This document shows positions 19,177 to 29,426 of a stretch of DNA of 31,927 nt, one piece after another; within the stretch, counting starts at the first letter, position 1; every line of letters begins with the position of its first letter. Both the position numbers and the translations under genes were made by a program. The notes under the pieces were generated by a model. It had not been told where the DNA came from and searched no databases. It saw nothing but the letters and a program-made list of their open reading frames with translations. The stretch is taken from NCBI GenBank assembly GCA_049472355.1, contig JBLIRP010000043.1, positions 1 to 31,927 of the forward strand, read 5' to 3'. This DNA comes from a bacterium (GTDB lineage: Bacteria > SZUA-182 > DTGQ01 > JAFGSM01).

Positions 19177-19475
19177 AGTCAATCCTCATTGCATAGCACA
19201 AGGTCCGATGAGTAAATGGGTTTGGCACATTGCACGCCAGCCCGTCCGATTCCAGGCAAGAACAGATTCTAAAGGTGAGCTAAATCTTACCACCTTTCCA
19301 TGTGATTGTTAAGTTTACCAGGCGATTACGGGTTCGTAATCAAACAACTCCGGACCTTGCGCAGATGGGCATTTGCCAGGTATGTGCATTAGCAGATTTC
19401 CAGTGGCAAACCATACAGTAAAGGCACAAGGATACATAGACATATCATTCTCGTTTTTTTGGCTGCCGGATGAGG

Positions 19476-19921
19476 ATGGCCCGTCCCCTCCGGTGATCCA
19501 CGTGACAAATTTTCGTATTCACAGTATATTTGAGATGTATTGGTACTGATTTTCAGTATTTAAGGAGGACGTAATCTTGCCGACAATGATTCAAATCAAT
19601 GCTCGGGGGACACTGACACTCCCTAAGGAATTGCGAAAAAGTCTGCGATTGGAAAAGGGCGGTGTGATCATAGCCGAGGTATCTGAAGATGGAATCATTT
19701 TGAAACCGGCCGTGGCATTCCCAATTGAAATATATAATGATTCACGAATCAAGAAATTCGATAAAGAGGATGAAAGGCTTACGGCGCACATCAAGAAACG
19801 ATCAACCACGTCATGCGATTTTTCTTGAAGCAACATCCCCCTTTCGGCATCGGCAGACGGAAGCGCCACACGAGTGCTTTTGGATGCGGCATTAGAATAC
19901 GCGGATGAATGCATCACCTGT
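19476..19921 (+). repeat. Copy 1 of a ~445-bp direct repeat (promoter + AbrB antitoxin + start of PIN toxin)
   Basis: Aligns by eye with 24976-25421. Confidence 0.9.
19577..19828 (+). CDS. AbrB/MazE-family antitoxin, copy 1 (TTG start, altered C-terminus)
   Basis: QINARGTLTLPKELRKSLRL...GIILKP; RBS TAAGGAGG. Confidence 0.75.
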   Translation: MPTMIQINARGTLTLPKELRKSLRLEKGGVIIAEVSEDGIILKPAVAFPIEIYNDSRIKKFDKEDERLTAHIKKRSTTSCDFS

Positions 19922-19930
19922 TCTCCTTGA
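19813..19930 (+). pseudogene. Frameshifted, truncated PIN toxin
   Basis: ATGCGATTTTTCTTGAAGCAAC versus intact ATGCGCATTTTTCTTGATGCCAAC; similarity ends after TGCATCACCTGT. Confidence 0.85.
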
Positions 19931-20559
19931 TATCCTGTTATCATCATGCGTTGCATCCCAAATTTCTATATTAAAAAATATAACTTTGCTATATTTTTTA
20001 TCGTTATTGACAAATCTCAACTGCCATGATACTGATAAATACACAATCCCGCTATGATCTTTCGAAATGTCTTTTCAATCATCGTAACTCAATATTGACA
20101 GGGAGATATTCACTACCAGGAATACAATTTTGCCATATTAAAAGTCTATCGTAAAGAAGATAGGCCCATATCATATCCTTTTTTAACCGTTCTCATAAAT
20201 CCATCAGTATCTTTATTGCGCTTGGATAAGACTTATTAGTAAAGTAGTGCCTGATTTCTAATGCGGCTTATTCTTATAGGACGTTATAGAGCAGGCGGAG
20301 ATGGCGAGCAAGTAAGTCAGCAACAATAATATATCAATATCAAAAAAGAAATGAGCAAATGTTCAGCCATAAGAGGATCACTGATTTTTTTTATTTCCAT
20401 CTTGCAGAGCACGGAGGGCGTATAGTTATAACTTTTGTGTAGTAAAGAAAACAGAAATAGTCATGCTGCATGTGCCTCTGTAATTAATTTTAAAGAGAGG
20501 GATTAATAACCTCGCACAAATATGGTGTAGGGAAAACTTCTACGACAGGAGGAGGAATA

Positions 20560-21837
20560 ATGAAAAAACAAAATTATATTCTAAATATAATTCTTCTTGT
20601 TATCCTATCTGCGGCGGTAACAGGCTGTGGCGGGGGAGACGGAAGTTCAAATTCCTCCATTATAAGAGAAGGACGATTTCTGGATAGTGCCGTTTGCGGT
20701 TTGCATTATTCATCCGGTAGTCAGTCAGGAATTACGGATGTAAACGGAAAATTTCTATATGAAGAAGGGAAAATTGTAAAATTTGCTATTGGAGATATCG
20801 TTCTCGGCGAGGCTCGTGGAAAATCCATAATTACACCATTGGATTTTGATCCCAATGGATCATTATCGCATCAGAAGGTCGTCAATATAAGCCGCTTTCT
20901 CTTATCGGTGGATTCTGACGGAGATCCAAATAATGGAATTATGATTACAGAAAAAGCACGCGAGGATGCCAATGGTGTAACTATTGATTTTGATGTTCCT
21001 GATGCAGCGTTTGATGTTTCACCGTTTTTTAATGAATTGCCTTATGCCCCTGATCTCGTATCAACAGATTTTGCCAAAAATCACCTACAAGGCACTCTAA
21101 AACAACTGGGGCTCAAGCCGGCTTTTACAGCTGACAATCCTGTGCCAGTGAAGAGAGCAGTCGCAAAGTTTACGGGTGATTATGACTTGGACTGTATTTC
21201 TTTAGATGCCCAGAAAGTTTTTGAAGAAGGAGAGCATGCCCTCACTTATTCTGGGGAAATCGCAATTCTGGATAGAACAGATGGAAGCCCTGCAGGTTTA
21301 TCTTCAGGGGATACCATCTCAATCAAGTATACTGAATTGAATACAGGATGGCCGGATGACTTATGGGTAATGGACGGAACACTGATTTTTGAGTTTCTAT
21401 TTATTGATGAATCAAGCAGCACAGTGCGAACCTATGGTGAACAATTTCAAGAAAGCGATGAGGATGAAACAAATATTTACTGCGACTTCGACACAGAGAC
21501 GCAATATAACTTCTATGACGATGAAATCGAGGTCTTACACACTATCAAAGAGGCAACATACGAAACTAATTCACCTATGTCATTAAAGATGCAGTTACAA
21601 ACCTTGGATAATGATCCCATTGTGCGGATTATTGAACGCGATGGATATAAATTAAGAGTAGGTCCTATTACTTCCGGTACAATAAAGATTACCGGAGCTG
21701 ACAATAGTAGTATATCTGTTACGTTTCCTGGCGGCGGATTGGACAATCAGTTCTCGCTCATTGTTGATGAGAATGGTGACGGGAATCCGGAAGGAACGAT
21801 TCAAACCACATTGAGAGAGCTTTTATTGTTTGAATGA
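20560..21837 (+). CDS. Surface lipoprotein (adhesin-type N-terminal domain), AT-rich gene
   Basis: Lipobox VTGC followed by GGGDGSS; FLDSAVxGLxY...GITDxNGxF...FAIGDIVLG...DSDGDPNNGI; RBS AGGAGGAGG. Confidence 0.85.
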   Translation: MKKQNYILNIILLVILSAAVTGCGGGDGSSNSSIIREGRFLDSAVCGLHYSSGSQSGITDVNGKFLYEEGKIVKFAIGDIVLGEARGKSIITPLDFDPNGSLSHQKVVNISRFLLSVDSDGDPNNGIMITEKAREDANGVTIDFDVPDAAFDVSPFFNELPYAPDLVSTDFAKNHLQGTLKQLGLKPAFTADNPVPVKRAVAKFTGDYDLDCISLDAQKVFEEGEHALTYSGEIAILDRTDGSPAGLSSGDTISIKYTELNTGWPDDLWVMDGTLIFEFLFIDESSSTVRTYGEQFQESDEDETNIYCDFDTETQYNFYDDEIEVLHTIKEATYETNSPMSLKMQLQTLDNDPIVRIIERDGYKLRVGPITSGTIKITGADNSSISVTFPGGGLDNQFSLIVDENGDGNPEGTIQTTLRELLLFE

Positions 21838-22312
21838 AACCAAAGGTGAAATGGACTTTTGAAAAAAGAACTTCTTACTGAAAAAGCACGTTTTTATGTT
21901 TATTATAATCCACAAATTTTTGCTAATTAACTCAATCGATCTATTGTGCTTTTAGCAAATTCTTAATACACCGGTTAAAAAGATATTGACTGCATGGCTG
22001 GAAGCTTGACCCTGTCAGCACGTGTGATGCCAAAATTTAACAGAGTCTGCTTAAGGAAAAATTAAATGCACGGTTCATGGATTAAATCAGATTAAGGATA
22101 ATGAATCTTCATCTAAAACCCCCATGATCTTTCGATCACAACGAAGCATGAAAGTTTATAAAACAAGTGGTTAGTTGAAAATTGGAGACGCACAGGAGAT
22201 CGAATACTAAACGGATTTTGACAATTTTACACAATTAAATTGATACTGCTTTACCCGGTTATTCATCGATTGTTTACTTATACATTTCATTCAATTGGAA
22301 GGAGAGACAGGA

Positions 22313-24838
22313 ATGACAAGATCTAAAAGATTCACATCCGGGTTTTTCTCATTTTTATTTTTTCTTTTGGCCTTAATCTTCTGTATTGTTTGTACTGCGG
22401 AGGCCCATTGGACCCAAAAAACTTCTATCCCCGTGGAAGACGCTTACAGTTATAGTGCTTCAATCCATAACCACACACTGTATGTATTTGTAAGAAGGGC
22501 AACAGGCAAGGGAGAGATATGGGCATATGACTTGACCCGGGATAAATGGACGAAAAAAACCACCCATCCTGGAGATGGTATCGGAGCAGAAACAGCGGTC
22601 TATAATGGCAAGATATACGTATTAGGCGGGGGCGGTGATGATATTGCAGGCACTGACTTGGCAAAGGAGATGTGGGCGTATGATATTCAGGCGAATTCAT
22701 GGGCCAGGAAGGATAGCGTCCCCTATGATCTCTGGGCTGCATCGGCCTCTGTCTACGATGGCAACATCCTGGTATTTGGGGGTGAAATTGCGAACTCAGG
22801 TGGATTTTCGGAGAAGCTGTTAACGTATGACGTCGGCGACAATGAATGGTCGTATGGGGACGATGCGAACCATGCCTTTCACCTCCACACCTCAGCGATT
22901 TACGATGAGAAGATGTATGTTTTCGGCGGCTCCTATCCTTCTGTGGATCCGAACACTAAAAACTCCCGTGAACTATGGGTATATGACCTTGAAGAAGACG
23001 ACTGGACTGAAATGCAAGATGCCCCTTTTTCTCGTTCGGCACATACTGCGGTGGTTTACAACGATGCGATGTATGTTTTTGGCGGCGGAGAATTTGAAAC
23101 GGACCCCAATAGTGATGTCATAATTTACCCTTCCAATGAATTGTGGAGATACGATTTTATCAGCAATGCATGGTCTCAAGTCGCCGTGCCATCAGTTCAA
23201 CCGGATATCAGGGTCCAGCATACTGCTGTATTGTACCAAGACAAAATGTATGTGCTTGGCGGCCGAAATCAGATCCCTCCGGACGGAGGCGCTGGGGATC
23301 CAAACCATCCGTGGCTGCGGGATCTCTGGGAATATTCATTCACATCGTTACAGGTGGAATTCGCAGATTATATGCCTATTGATCCTAAGAAATACGGCGT
23401 AAAGACCTTCAAATGGACATTGGGTAATGATGGGCAGTTCTCCAGCAGAATCGAAGGGATCGAAACAGTTTCTTATGTATCCGGAGAAATATCAGGGGCA
23501 ACGATAAGTAACTTCTGGTATGAAGACAGCGTCGTAATTTCTAATGACGGAATAAATGTCAAATTTCTTGAAGCCGATAGTGAAGATAACCGATATTATG
23601 CATCCTCGGATTGCTTCCTTTCAGATCCTCCCGCTGTATTATCTTTTGATCATTTGGATGACGGAATGATTACTAGTGGAAGAACATTCTGGATTAATAA
23701 ACATGATATGAATGATTGCAGAGAAGATGACATAATGATTCTGATAAGCATCCAGGATGTCAAAGTCATGAACGGTACATATGAAAATGCAGTAATCATG
23801 TGGTGGCTTGATACAAACTATCAATTTGTACCCTTGAATTTTAAGACAAAAGACATAGACTTAGGTATTACTTTACCCACAGGCTCCACTACGAATGGCT
23901 ATTCAGTTACGGATATGGACATCTATGGGCGCGACACAGGCCTTATCGCATCAGGAGACATTTCAGCATCTACAGGCCTTTTAAAAGACCTGAAAGAACT
24001 AACCGGTATCGGAACACCCAATATAAAAGTAAATCCAACAATTGGGCTAACCACTACTGAATGTGGTGCCAAAGCAATATTCACCATTGTTCTCGAAATT
24101 GAGCCTGATGCAGACGTAATTATCCCCGTGCAGAGCAATGACATTTCGGAAGGCACAGTATCGTCAAACTCCCTGACTTTCACCTCCCAGAATTGGAATA
24201 TTCCCCAAGAGATAACCATTACGGGGGTGGATGATCCCGATACGGATGGAGATGTAATGTATAGCGTTATTATTGGTCCTGTGGTATCGGAGGACGCGTC
24301 TTACAACGGACTCGACCCGAACGACATATCGGTGAAAAACAAGGATCATAGATTTGATGCTAAGATCGATCCGAGTGTTGATTTTTCTTTTGAGCCCGCA
24401 GATCCTGATCATGACCTATTCGGATTATTCTTCAATGTACCACAGGGGGCTCTTAATGAAGAAAAAAGAGTGACCATTGATAGGATTGATGCATTTCCGG
24501 ATTTCCCATCCGACAAAGAAATGCTTGGCTATGCGGTAAACTGCGGCCCTGAAGGAATGCAATTCGATTCTGATCATCCCGCGGTCATTGGCTTGTCTTA
24601 TCCAGATGATGTAAATCCAATTGACATAAGAGTCTATACATATGATCCTAATGGCCTTACGTGGAGCGAAATACCTACTAAAGAAATAGATACGGCAAAT
24701 AAACGGATATTATTCGAGGTGACGCATTTTTCACTCTATACTCTAGGTCAGTCACAAACAGCCTTCCCTCAAGAAAGCGGTGGAGGGGGGTGTTTTATTG
24801 GAGCCGCGCTTCCCAAAAGATCAAAAAGCTTACCGTAA
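22313..24838 (+). CDS. Secreted Kelch-repeat protein with Calx-beta-like and ZU5-like domains and a GGGGCFI tail
   Basis: Signal peptide ending AEA; about six Kelch repeats (YVxGG...W); LTFTSQNWNIPQEITITGVDD; VPQGAL...GPEG.QF...THFSLY; SGGGGCFIGAA. Confidence 0.88.
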   Translation: MTRSKRFTSGFFSFLFFLLALIFCIVCTAEAHWTQKTSIPVEDAYSYSASIHNHTLYVFVRRATGKGEIWAYDLTRDKWTKKTTHPGDGIGAETAVYNGKIYVLGGGGDDIAGTDLAKEMWAYDIQANSWARKDSVPYDLWAASASVYDGNILVFGGEIANSGGFSEKLLTYDVGDNEWSYGDDANHAFHLHTSAIYDEKMYVFGGSYPSVDPNTKNSRELWVYDLEEDDWTEMQDAPFSRSAHTAVVYNDAMYVFGGGEFETDPNSDVIIYPSNELWRYDFISNAWSQVAVPSVQPDIRVQHTAVLYQDKMYVLGGRNQIPPDGGAGDPNHPWLRDLWEYSFTSLQVEFADYMPIDPKKYGVKTFKWTLGNDGQFSSRIEGIETVSYVSGEISGATISNFWYEDSVVISNDGINVKFLEADSEDNRYYASSDCFLSDPPAVLSFDHLDDGMITSGRTFWINKHDMNDCREDDIMILISIQDVKVMNGTYENAVIMWWLDTNYQFVPLNFKTKDIDLGITLPTGSTTNGYSVTDMDIYGRDTGLIASGDISASTGLLKDLKELTGIGTPNIKVNPTIGLTTTECGAKAIFTIVLEIEPDADVIIPVQSNDISEGTVSSNSLTFTSQNWNIPQEITITGVDDPDTDGDVMYSVIIGPVVSEDASYNGLDPNDISVKNKDHRFDAKIDPSVDFSFEPADPDHDLFGLFFNVPQGALNEEKRVTIDRIDAFPDFPSDKEMLGYAVNCGPEGMQFDSDHPAVIGLSYPDDVNPIDIRVYTYDPNGLTWSEIPTKEIDTANKRILFEVTHFSLYTLGQSQTAFPQESGGGGCFIGAALPKRSKSLP

Positions 24839-24999
24839 GATCTGGACAAGATCCGGGGTTGCTGTTTTATACATATACCTTGGCTGTGAAATAATGCTGG
24901 GAAAAGGTGGTTCAATACATCCCTGATTCCCAAAGGAATGATGGTTCATTTATGTATGCATGTTGTAGATGGCCGTGGCCGGTCCCTCCGGGTATCCGC

Positions 25000-25060
25000 T
25001 TGACAAATTTTCGTATTTACGGTATATTTGAAATGTTGAATTACTACTTTTCAGCATTCA
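25000..25060 (+). promoter_or_regulatory. Sigma70 promoter of the AbrB-PIN operon with a downstream imperfect inverted repeat
   Basis: TTGACA (25000-25005), 17 nt, TATATT (25023-25028); GAAATGTTGAA...TTCAGCATTC is a candidate autoregulatory operator. Confidence 0.65.
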
Positions 25061-25074
25061 AGGAGAACGCGATC

Positions 25075-25311
25075 ATGGCAACAACGATTCAGATCAATGC
25101 ACGGGGGACTCTGACACTCCCAAAAGAACTGCGAAAAAGATTGGGATTGGAAAAGGGCGGTGTGATCATAGCTGAGGTATCTGAAGATGGAATCATTTTG
25201 AAACCGGCCGTGGCATTCCCCATTGAAATGTACAATGATTCACGAATCAAGGAATTCGATAAAGAGGATGAAAGGCTTACGGCGCACATCAAGAAACGGT
25301 CAAGCGAGTAA
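25075..25311 (+). CDS. AbrB/MazE-family antitoxin, copy 2 (intact)
   Basis: RBS AAGGAG; MATTIQINARGTLTLPKELRKRLGL; TAATG overlap with the toxin. Confidence 0.9.
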   Translation: MATTIQINARGTLTLPKELRKRLGLEKGGVIIAEVSEDGIILKPAVAFPIEMYNDSRIKEFDKEDERLTAHIKKRSSE

Positions 25312-25730
25312 TGCGCATTTTTCTTGATGCCAACATCCTCTTTTCTGCATCGGCAGACGGGAGCGCCACACGACTGCTTCTTGATGCGGCATTGAAATAC
25401 TCGGATGAATGCATCACCTGTCCCCATGCCCTTGAGGAGGCAAGGCGAAACATCGAGGCAAAACGTCCGCAGCAATCATCAGGATTAGAAAAGATACTGC
25501 AATGCATTTCAGTCAGCAATGCCTTTTATATTGACCTTTCCATAAATTTGCCGCAACAAGATATTCCGATTCTGGCAGGGGCAATCGGAGCACAATGCAC
25601 CCACCTCTGGACGAGTGATAAGAAACACTTTGGCGCATTGTACGGGAAATCAATTCATGGCGTTCGGATTGTTTCTAGCCTATTGCTCGCTGATATGTTA
25701 ATAGATTCCGGGTGGAGACCAAAATTCTGA
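25311..25730 (+). CDS. PIN-domain toxin (intact)
   Basis: IFLDANILFSA, EEARRN, QDIPILAGA and LWTSDKKHF. Confidence 0.9.
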   Translation: MRIFLDANILFSASADGSATRLLLDAALKYSDECITCPHALEEARRNIEAKRPQQSSGLEKILQCISVSNAFYIDLSINLPQQDIPILAGAIGAQCTHLWTSDKKHFGALYGKSIHGVRIVSSLLLADMLIDSGWRPKF

Positions 25731-25868
25731 TTACCAATAAAAAGCTGAGGCGACTTCACATCCATCAGTTATCTATCACCTGTGGCCCTCGTGAACGCAC
25801 CCTTTGCATTGTCAAAACCTTATCTGTTCCAACGTAAGAAAGGCGCTTAGGTCGAAGATGCGTTTATA

Positions 25869-28800
25869 TCAGGGGGACAATAAACTCTGGGAAGTGCTGA
25901 GCGACCACCAAAACTCTTGAGGATAACGTAATCCTGAATAAGGAGACCAGTAATTTGGTGTATTCCATAAAGACCAGTTCCCGGACACCGATGGATGTTG
26001 CAGATGGGAGGTAATCGAACCGAGAGGATACAATAAACTCATCTGGTAATTACCCAAACCAATATACATTCCGCTTATGTCCGGCAGACCGCCGGAAACG
26101 GATCCATACCGGTCTCCACTGATCCAGCCTGAATATTGAACACTTCCAGGATACTGCCCCGGAAGGAATCCAGCGGCTCCGCCAAACAAGGCGAATGAAG
26201 ACATCGGCATCCGGCCTTCAAGGGTTCTTACCCTAATGGAAACAGTAAAGGAACACTCACTCATGTTTCCCGCGCTATCCATTGCTGTTACGGTAACGAT
26301 TGTTCTCCCCACACCGAAACCGGACCCCGAGGGAGGGTCATAGGTTATGGTCGGATGCAGATCCGATTCGTCAGTAACAGTGGCCGCATAGTTAACGGCG
26401 ACCTTCTTGCCTGCTGAAGACACGGTCTTGACAATATCTGATGGGCAGGTGATCTCCGGAGGGGTTGCATCGGGACCATCGAGTATTGTAAACGCCTTGG
26501 GCAAGATCCCACTCAGACCTCGAGGGTCGATAACGGTTACGGCATATGTCCCCTCAGTCAAACCGCGTGGTATAGCAGCAGTAATCGTTTGTGAATCATG
26601 AACCCAAACATCTGCGCACGGCATTCGACCCAATTTGATTTCGATGATCTTCAGCCCGTCTTTACCATCAGCCACATACACATAGTCCCCCGAGACATCC
26701 AAGGCACCGGCATGATAATCCAGGGAATCGTATATACCAACCTCATAGGGATGTTTCTTGTCATGTATATCAATAATTCTCAAATTACTTGCTGAAATCC
26801 CATATCCAGGATAGTAACCCCACGGATAGTAATCTATGGGATAACTGGAACCCGTATAGGAGCCATAACCCCTCGTTCCACTGATCACATAGGCATAATC
26901 TCCTGATATCATGATGTCCTTGATAGCATTTGACATACTGATATGATAGAGACCCGCTTTAGAAGGGTATGCCTTGTCATGTATATCCAGTATCATTAGA
27001 AATACTTCATCACGAACATAAAAGGTAATGTAGACATACTCCCCTGCCACATCCAAATGTATTGTATCGTCTCTTCCATCATGCTGAATAGTGTAGAAGC
27101 CAATTTCCGAAGGATGCCCCTTGTCATATATATCTATTATTCGTAAACCATTTTTAGCATCAACAACATAGGCATAATTCCCTGCAGTATGCACATCAAT
27201 GGCGCAGGGAGTAGGATAGGAGCCAACCTCAGTGGGATGAGCCTTATCAGTCACGTCCACAATCCTCAGGCCATCGCTGTCTGCCGCTATATAGGCATAA
27301 TTCCCTGATACATCGACACTATGAGCATTGCCAGAGATAGCATAGGAGCCTTCCTCGAAGGGATGCGCCTTATCTTGTATGTTTATTATTGTACAATACC
27401 GGGAATCAATCACATAGGCATGGTCCCCCGATATATGGACATGATGGGCAAAGCCGGGGGTATCACAGGAGCCGAGTATAGAGGGATATGCCTTATTGTA
27501 TATATTGACTATCTTAAAACCACCCCCACCCATAGCTACATAGGCATAATCTCCCGATATGCTTATATCTTGAACAGGATATGGGTGGCCGTAGAAACCA
27601 GCTTCAACGGGATGGGCCTTATCGTCTATATCCACTATCCGTAAACTGCCGTCACTCACAATGGCATGATCCTGTATGACACATAATCCGCACGCAGGGC
27701 CGGGGGTTTCATGGAGCCCGACCGCAATGGGATGCCCCTTATCAGTTATGTCTATTATCCTTAAATCATCATCCGCTATATAGGCATAATCTCCCATTAC
27801 ATACACCTGCACATCATAATATGTAGCTGCGTCACGGTACCATGAAGGCACAGTCTTATAGGTATAGGTCCCAACCTCAATGGGGTTGGTCCTATCACTG
27901 ACGTCTATTATCATCAGATAATGAGATCCTCCCCAAACCCAATCAAAATAGGTGAGGCTCATAATCATATAGACATAGTGTCCATATACATAGAAATCCA
28001 GTATCGAAGTGCTATCGATACCATTTGAGGTATCATGGAATCCAACCTCGACAGGATGCTCCTTATCTGCAATATTTATTATTCTCAGACCACCGGCAGC
28101 TACATACGCAAAATCTCCTTCGACATACACTTCACGAGCCTCATCGGAGGTATCGTAGGTCCCAATTAAAACAGGATGTGCCTTGTCGCTCACATCTATT
28201 ATGAAGAACTTGCTTGAACCGGCAGCAACATAGGCATAATTTCCGAGAACGTACACAGAGGTTTTATACTGGTAATAATGGCTATAAGGATCTATGGAAT
28301 AATAGGAAATAGAATCAGACGGTATATCATAGAAACCCACTTCATTGGGATGGGCCTTATCATTTATATCTATAATTCTCAAGCTGTAACTGAAAGCGGT
28401 GGCGACAAAGCTATAGGTAATCAAATAGGCATAATTACCGATGACCGCCATATCTGAGACCACTGGTCCGGCATAGAAGCCAACGTCAATGGGATGTGCC
28501 TTATTGCCTATATCTATTATACTAAAACCTTGGGGCGAGCTTGCATAGGCATAATTTCCAGCAACAGTGACATTTGTTGCATTGGGTGCAGGATCAAGGC
28601 AGTTACTCACCGGATTTGGCCTTTCGACCAGACTTACGGTAGCACCATTAACAAAATTTTCACCTGTCAAAGTGATAGGAGTTTCTTCATAGTTATACCC
28701 CCCTGTCGGTTCAACAGAGGTAATCACAGGCGTAATCAAGGCCCCTTGGTAATCGAATGGAAAGATACGCATATACAGGGTGCCATCGGATGTGGATATA

Positions 28801-29426
28801 GTGGGGCCGCCCAGGCTGGAGTAAGTTGTGTCCTCCCAATCCGCATCATCGAGGTCGTCGTAGTCCCCGAAATCCTGGGAATCCTCATGTTCATCCCCCA
28901 GGATGTTCTTGAATTTGATGAACTTCACCTTCACATAGTCGTCGTAATCATCCGCTACCATCTTGATGGTGACCTTGGTGATCGTCGCCCCTTCCCACGT
29001 ATATGCATCCCAATCGTCGTTAATGAACCCAGCCCTGACAAAGAGACTGGTGAATGCCGGCAGATCTATATCAAACCCTAAGCACATGCCGATTTCTTCA
29101 TAGCTGGGGCTGCTCGAGTCGCAGGCGTCATCACCAAGGTAATAGGTCAGGGTCTTTCCACTGACCTCTGCATCATCGTAATCATCGTCGGCAATGAGCA
29201 GTATCTTGACATCCTCGCCGTTACCTTCCTCGATGTCGAAGATGATCTCGAAGTAGGTGGTTGCCTTGATTTCCGTGGAGAAAAACTCGTAGTTGGAGTC
29301 AACGTCCACATCGTGATCCACAGTAACGGTTACCTGGGCCTGCGCTGCAGGGGCGAACAGAAACGAGGACATTGCAACGAGGCCGACGGCCACAATGATT
29401 ATCTTCAAAAACCATTTATGCTGCAT
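25869..29426 (-). CDS. Large secreted protein: acidic N-terminal domain, split IPT/TIG domain enclosing LVIVD repeats, HYR domain, aromatic low-complexity tail
   Basis: RBS GGGAGGA before MQHKWF; signal peptide ending AQA; many GxYAYVA...LRIIDIxDKxHP repeats; DATPPEITCPSDI...SGFGVG.T.VTVTAMDSAGN..CSFTV. Confidence 0.9.
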   Translation of the reverse strand: MQHKWFLKIIIVAVGLVAMSSFLFAPAAQAQVTVTVDHDVDVDSNYEFFSTEIKATTYFEIIFDIEEGNGEDVKILLIADDDYDDAEVSGKTLTYYLGDDACDSSSPSYEEIGMCLGFDIDLPAFTSLFVRAGFINDDWDAYTWEGATITKVTIKMVADDYDDYVKVKFIKFKNILGDEHEDSQDFGDYDDLDDADWEDTTYSSLGGPTISTSDGTLYMRIFPFDYQGALITPVITSVEPTGGYNYEETPITLTGENFVNGATVSLVERPNPVSNCLDPAPNATNVTVAGNYAYASSPQGFSIIDIGNKAHPIDVGFYAGPVVSDMAVIGNYAYLITYSFVATAFSYSLRIIDINDKAHPNEVGFYDIPSDSISYYSIDPYSHYYQYKTSVYVLGNYAYVAAGSSKFFIIDVSDKAHPVLIGTYDTSDEAREVYVEGDFAYVAAGGLRIINIADKEHPVEVGFHDTSNGIDSTSILDFYVYGHYVYMIMSLTYFDWVWGGSHYLMIIDVSDRTNPIEVGTYTYKTVPSWYRDAATYYDVQVYVMGDYAYIADDDLRIIDITDKGHPIAVGLHETPGPACGLCVIQDHAIVSDGSLRIVDIDDKAHPVEAGFYGHPYPVQDISISGDYAYVAMGGGGFKIVNIYNKAYPSILGSCDTPGFAHHVHISGDHAYVIDSRYCTIINIQDKAHPFEEGSYAISGNAHSVDVSGNYAYIAADSDGLRIVDVTDKAHPTEVGSYPTPCAIDVHTAGNYAYVVDAKNGLRIIDIYDKGHPSEIGFYTIQHDGRDDTIHLDVAGEYVYITFYVRDEVFLMILDIHDKAYPSKAGLYHISMSNAIKDIMISGDYAYVISGTRGYGSYTGSSYPIDYYPWGYYPGYGISASNLRIIDIHDKKHPYEVGIYDSLDYHAGALDVSGDYVYVADGKDGLKIIEIKLGRMPCADVWVHDSQTITAAIPRGLTEGTYAVTVIDPRGLSGILPKAFTILDGPDATPPEITCPSDIVKTVSSAGKKVAVNYAATVTDESDLHPTITYDPPSGSGFGVGRTIVTVTAMDSAGNMSECSFTVSIRVRTLEGRMPMSSFALFGGAAGFLPGQYPGSVQYSGWISGDRYGSVSGGLPDISGMYIGLGNYQMSLLYPLGSITSHLQHPSVSGNWSLWNTPNYWSPYSGLRYPQEFWWSLSTSQSLLSP

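Larger units (their letters stand above)
24976..25421 (+). repeat. Copy 2 of the ~445-bp direct repeat
   Basis: Aligns by eye with 19476-19921. Confidence 0.9.

Noticed and set aside
19400..19435. c-di-GMP-I riboswitch (GGCAAACC)
   Set aside because: The GAAA tetraloop stem and following GACGCAAA are missing
24907..25074. N-terminal extension of the AbrB ORF given in the ORF track
   Set aside because: It overlaps the promoter; the RBS and the paralogue support a start at 25075
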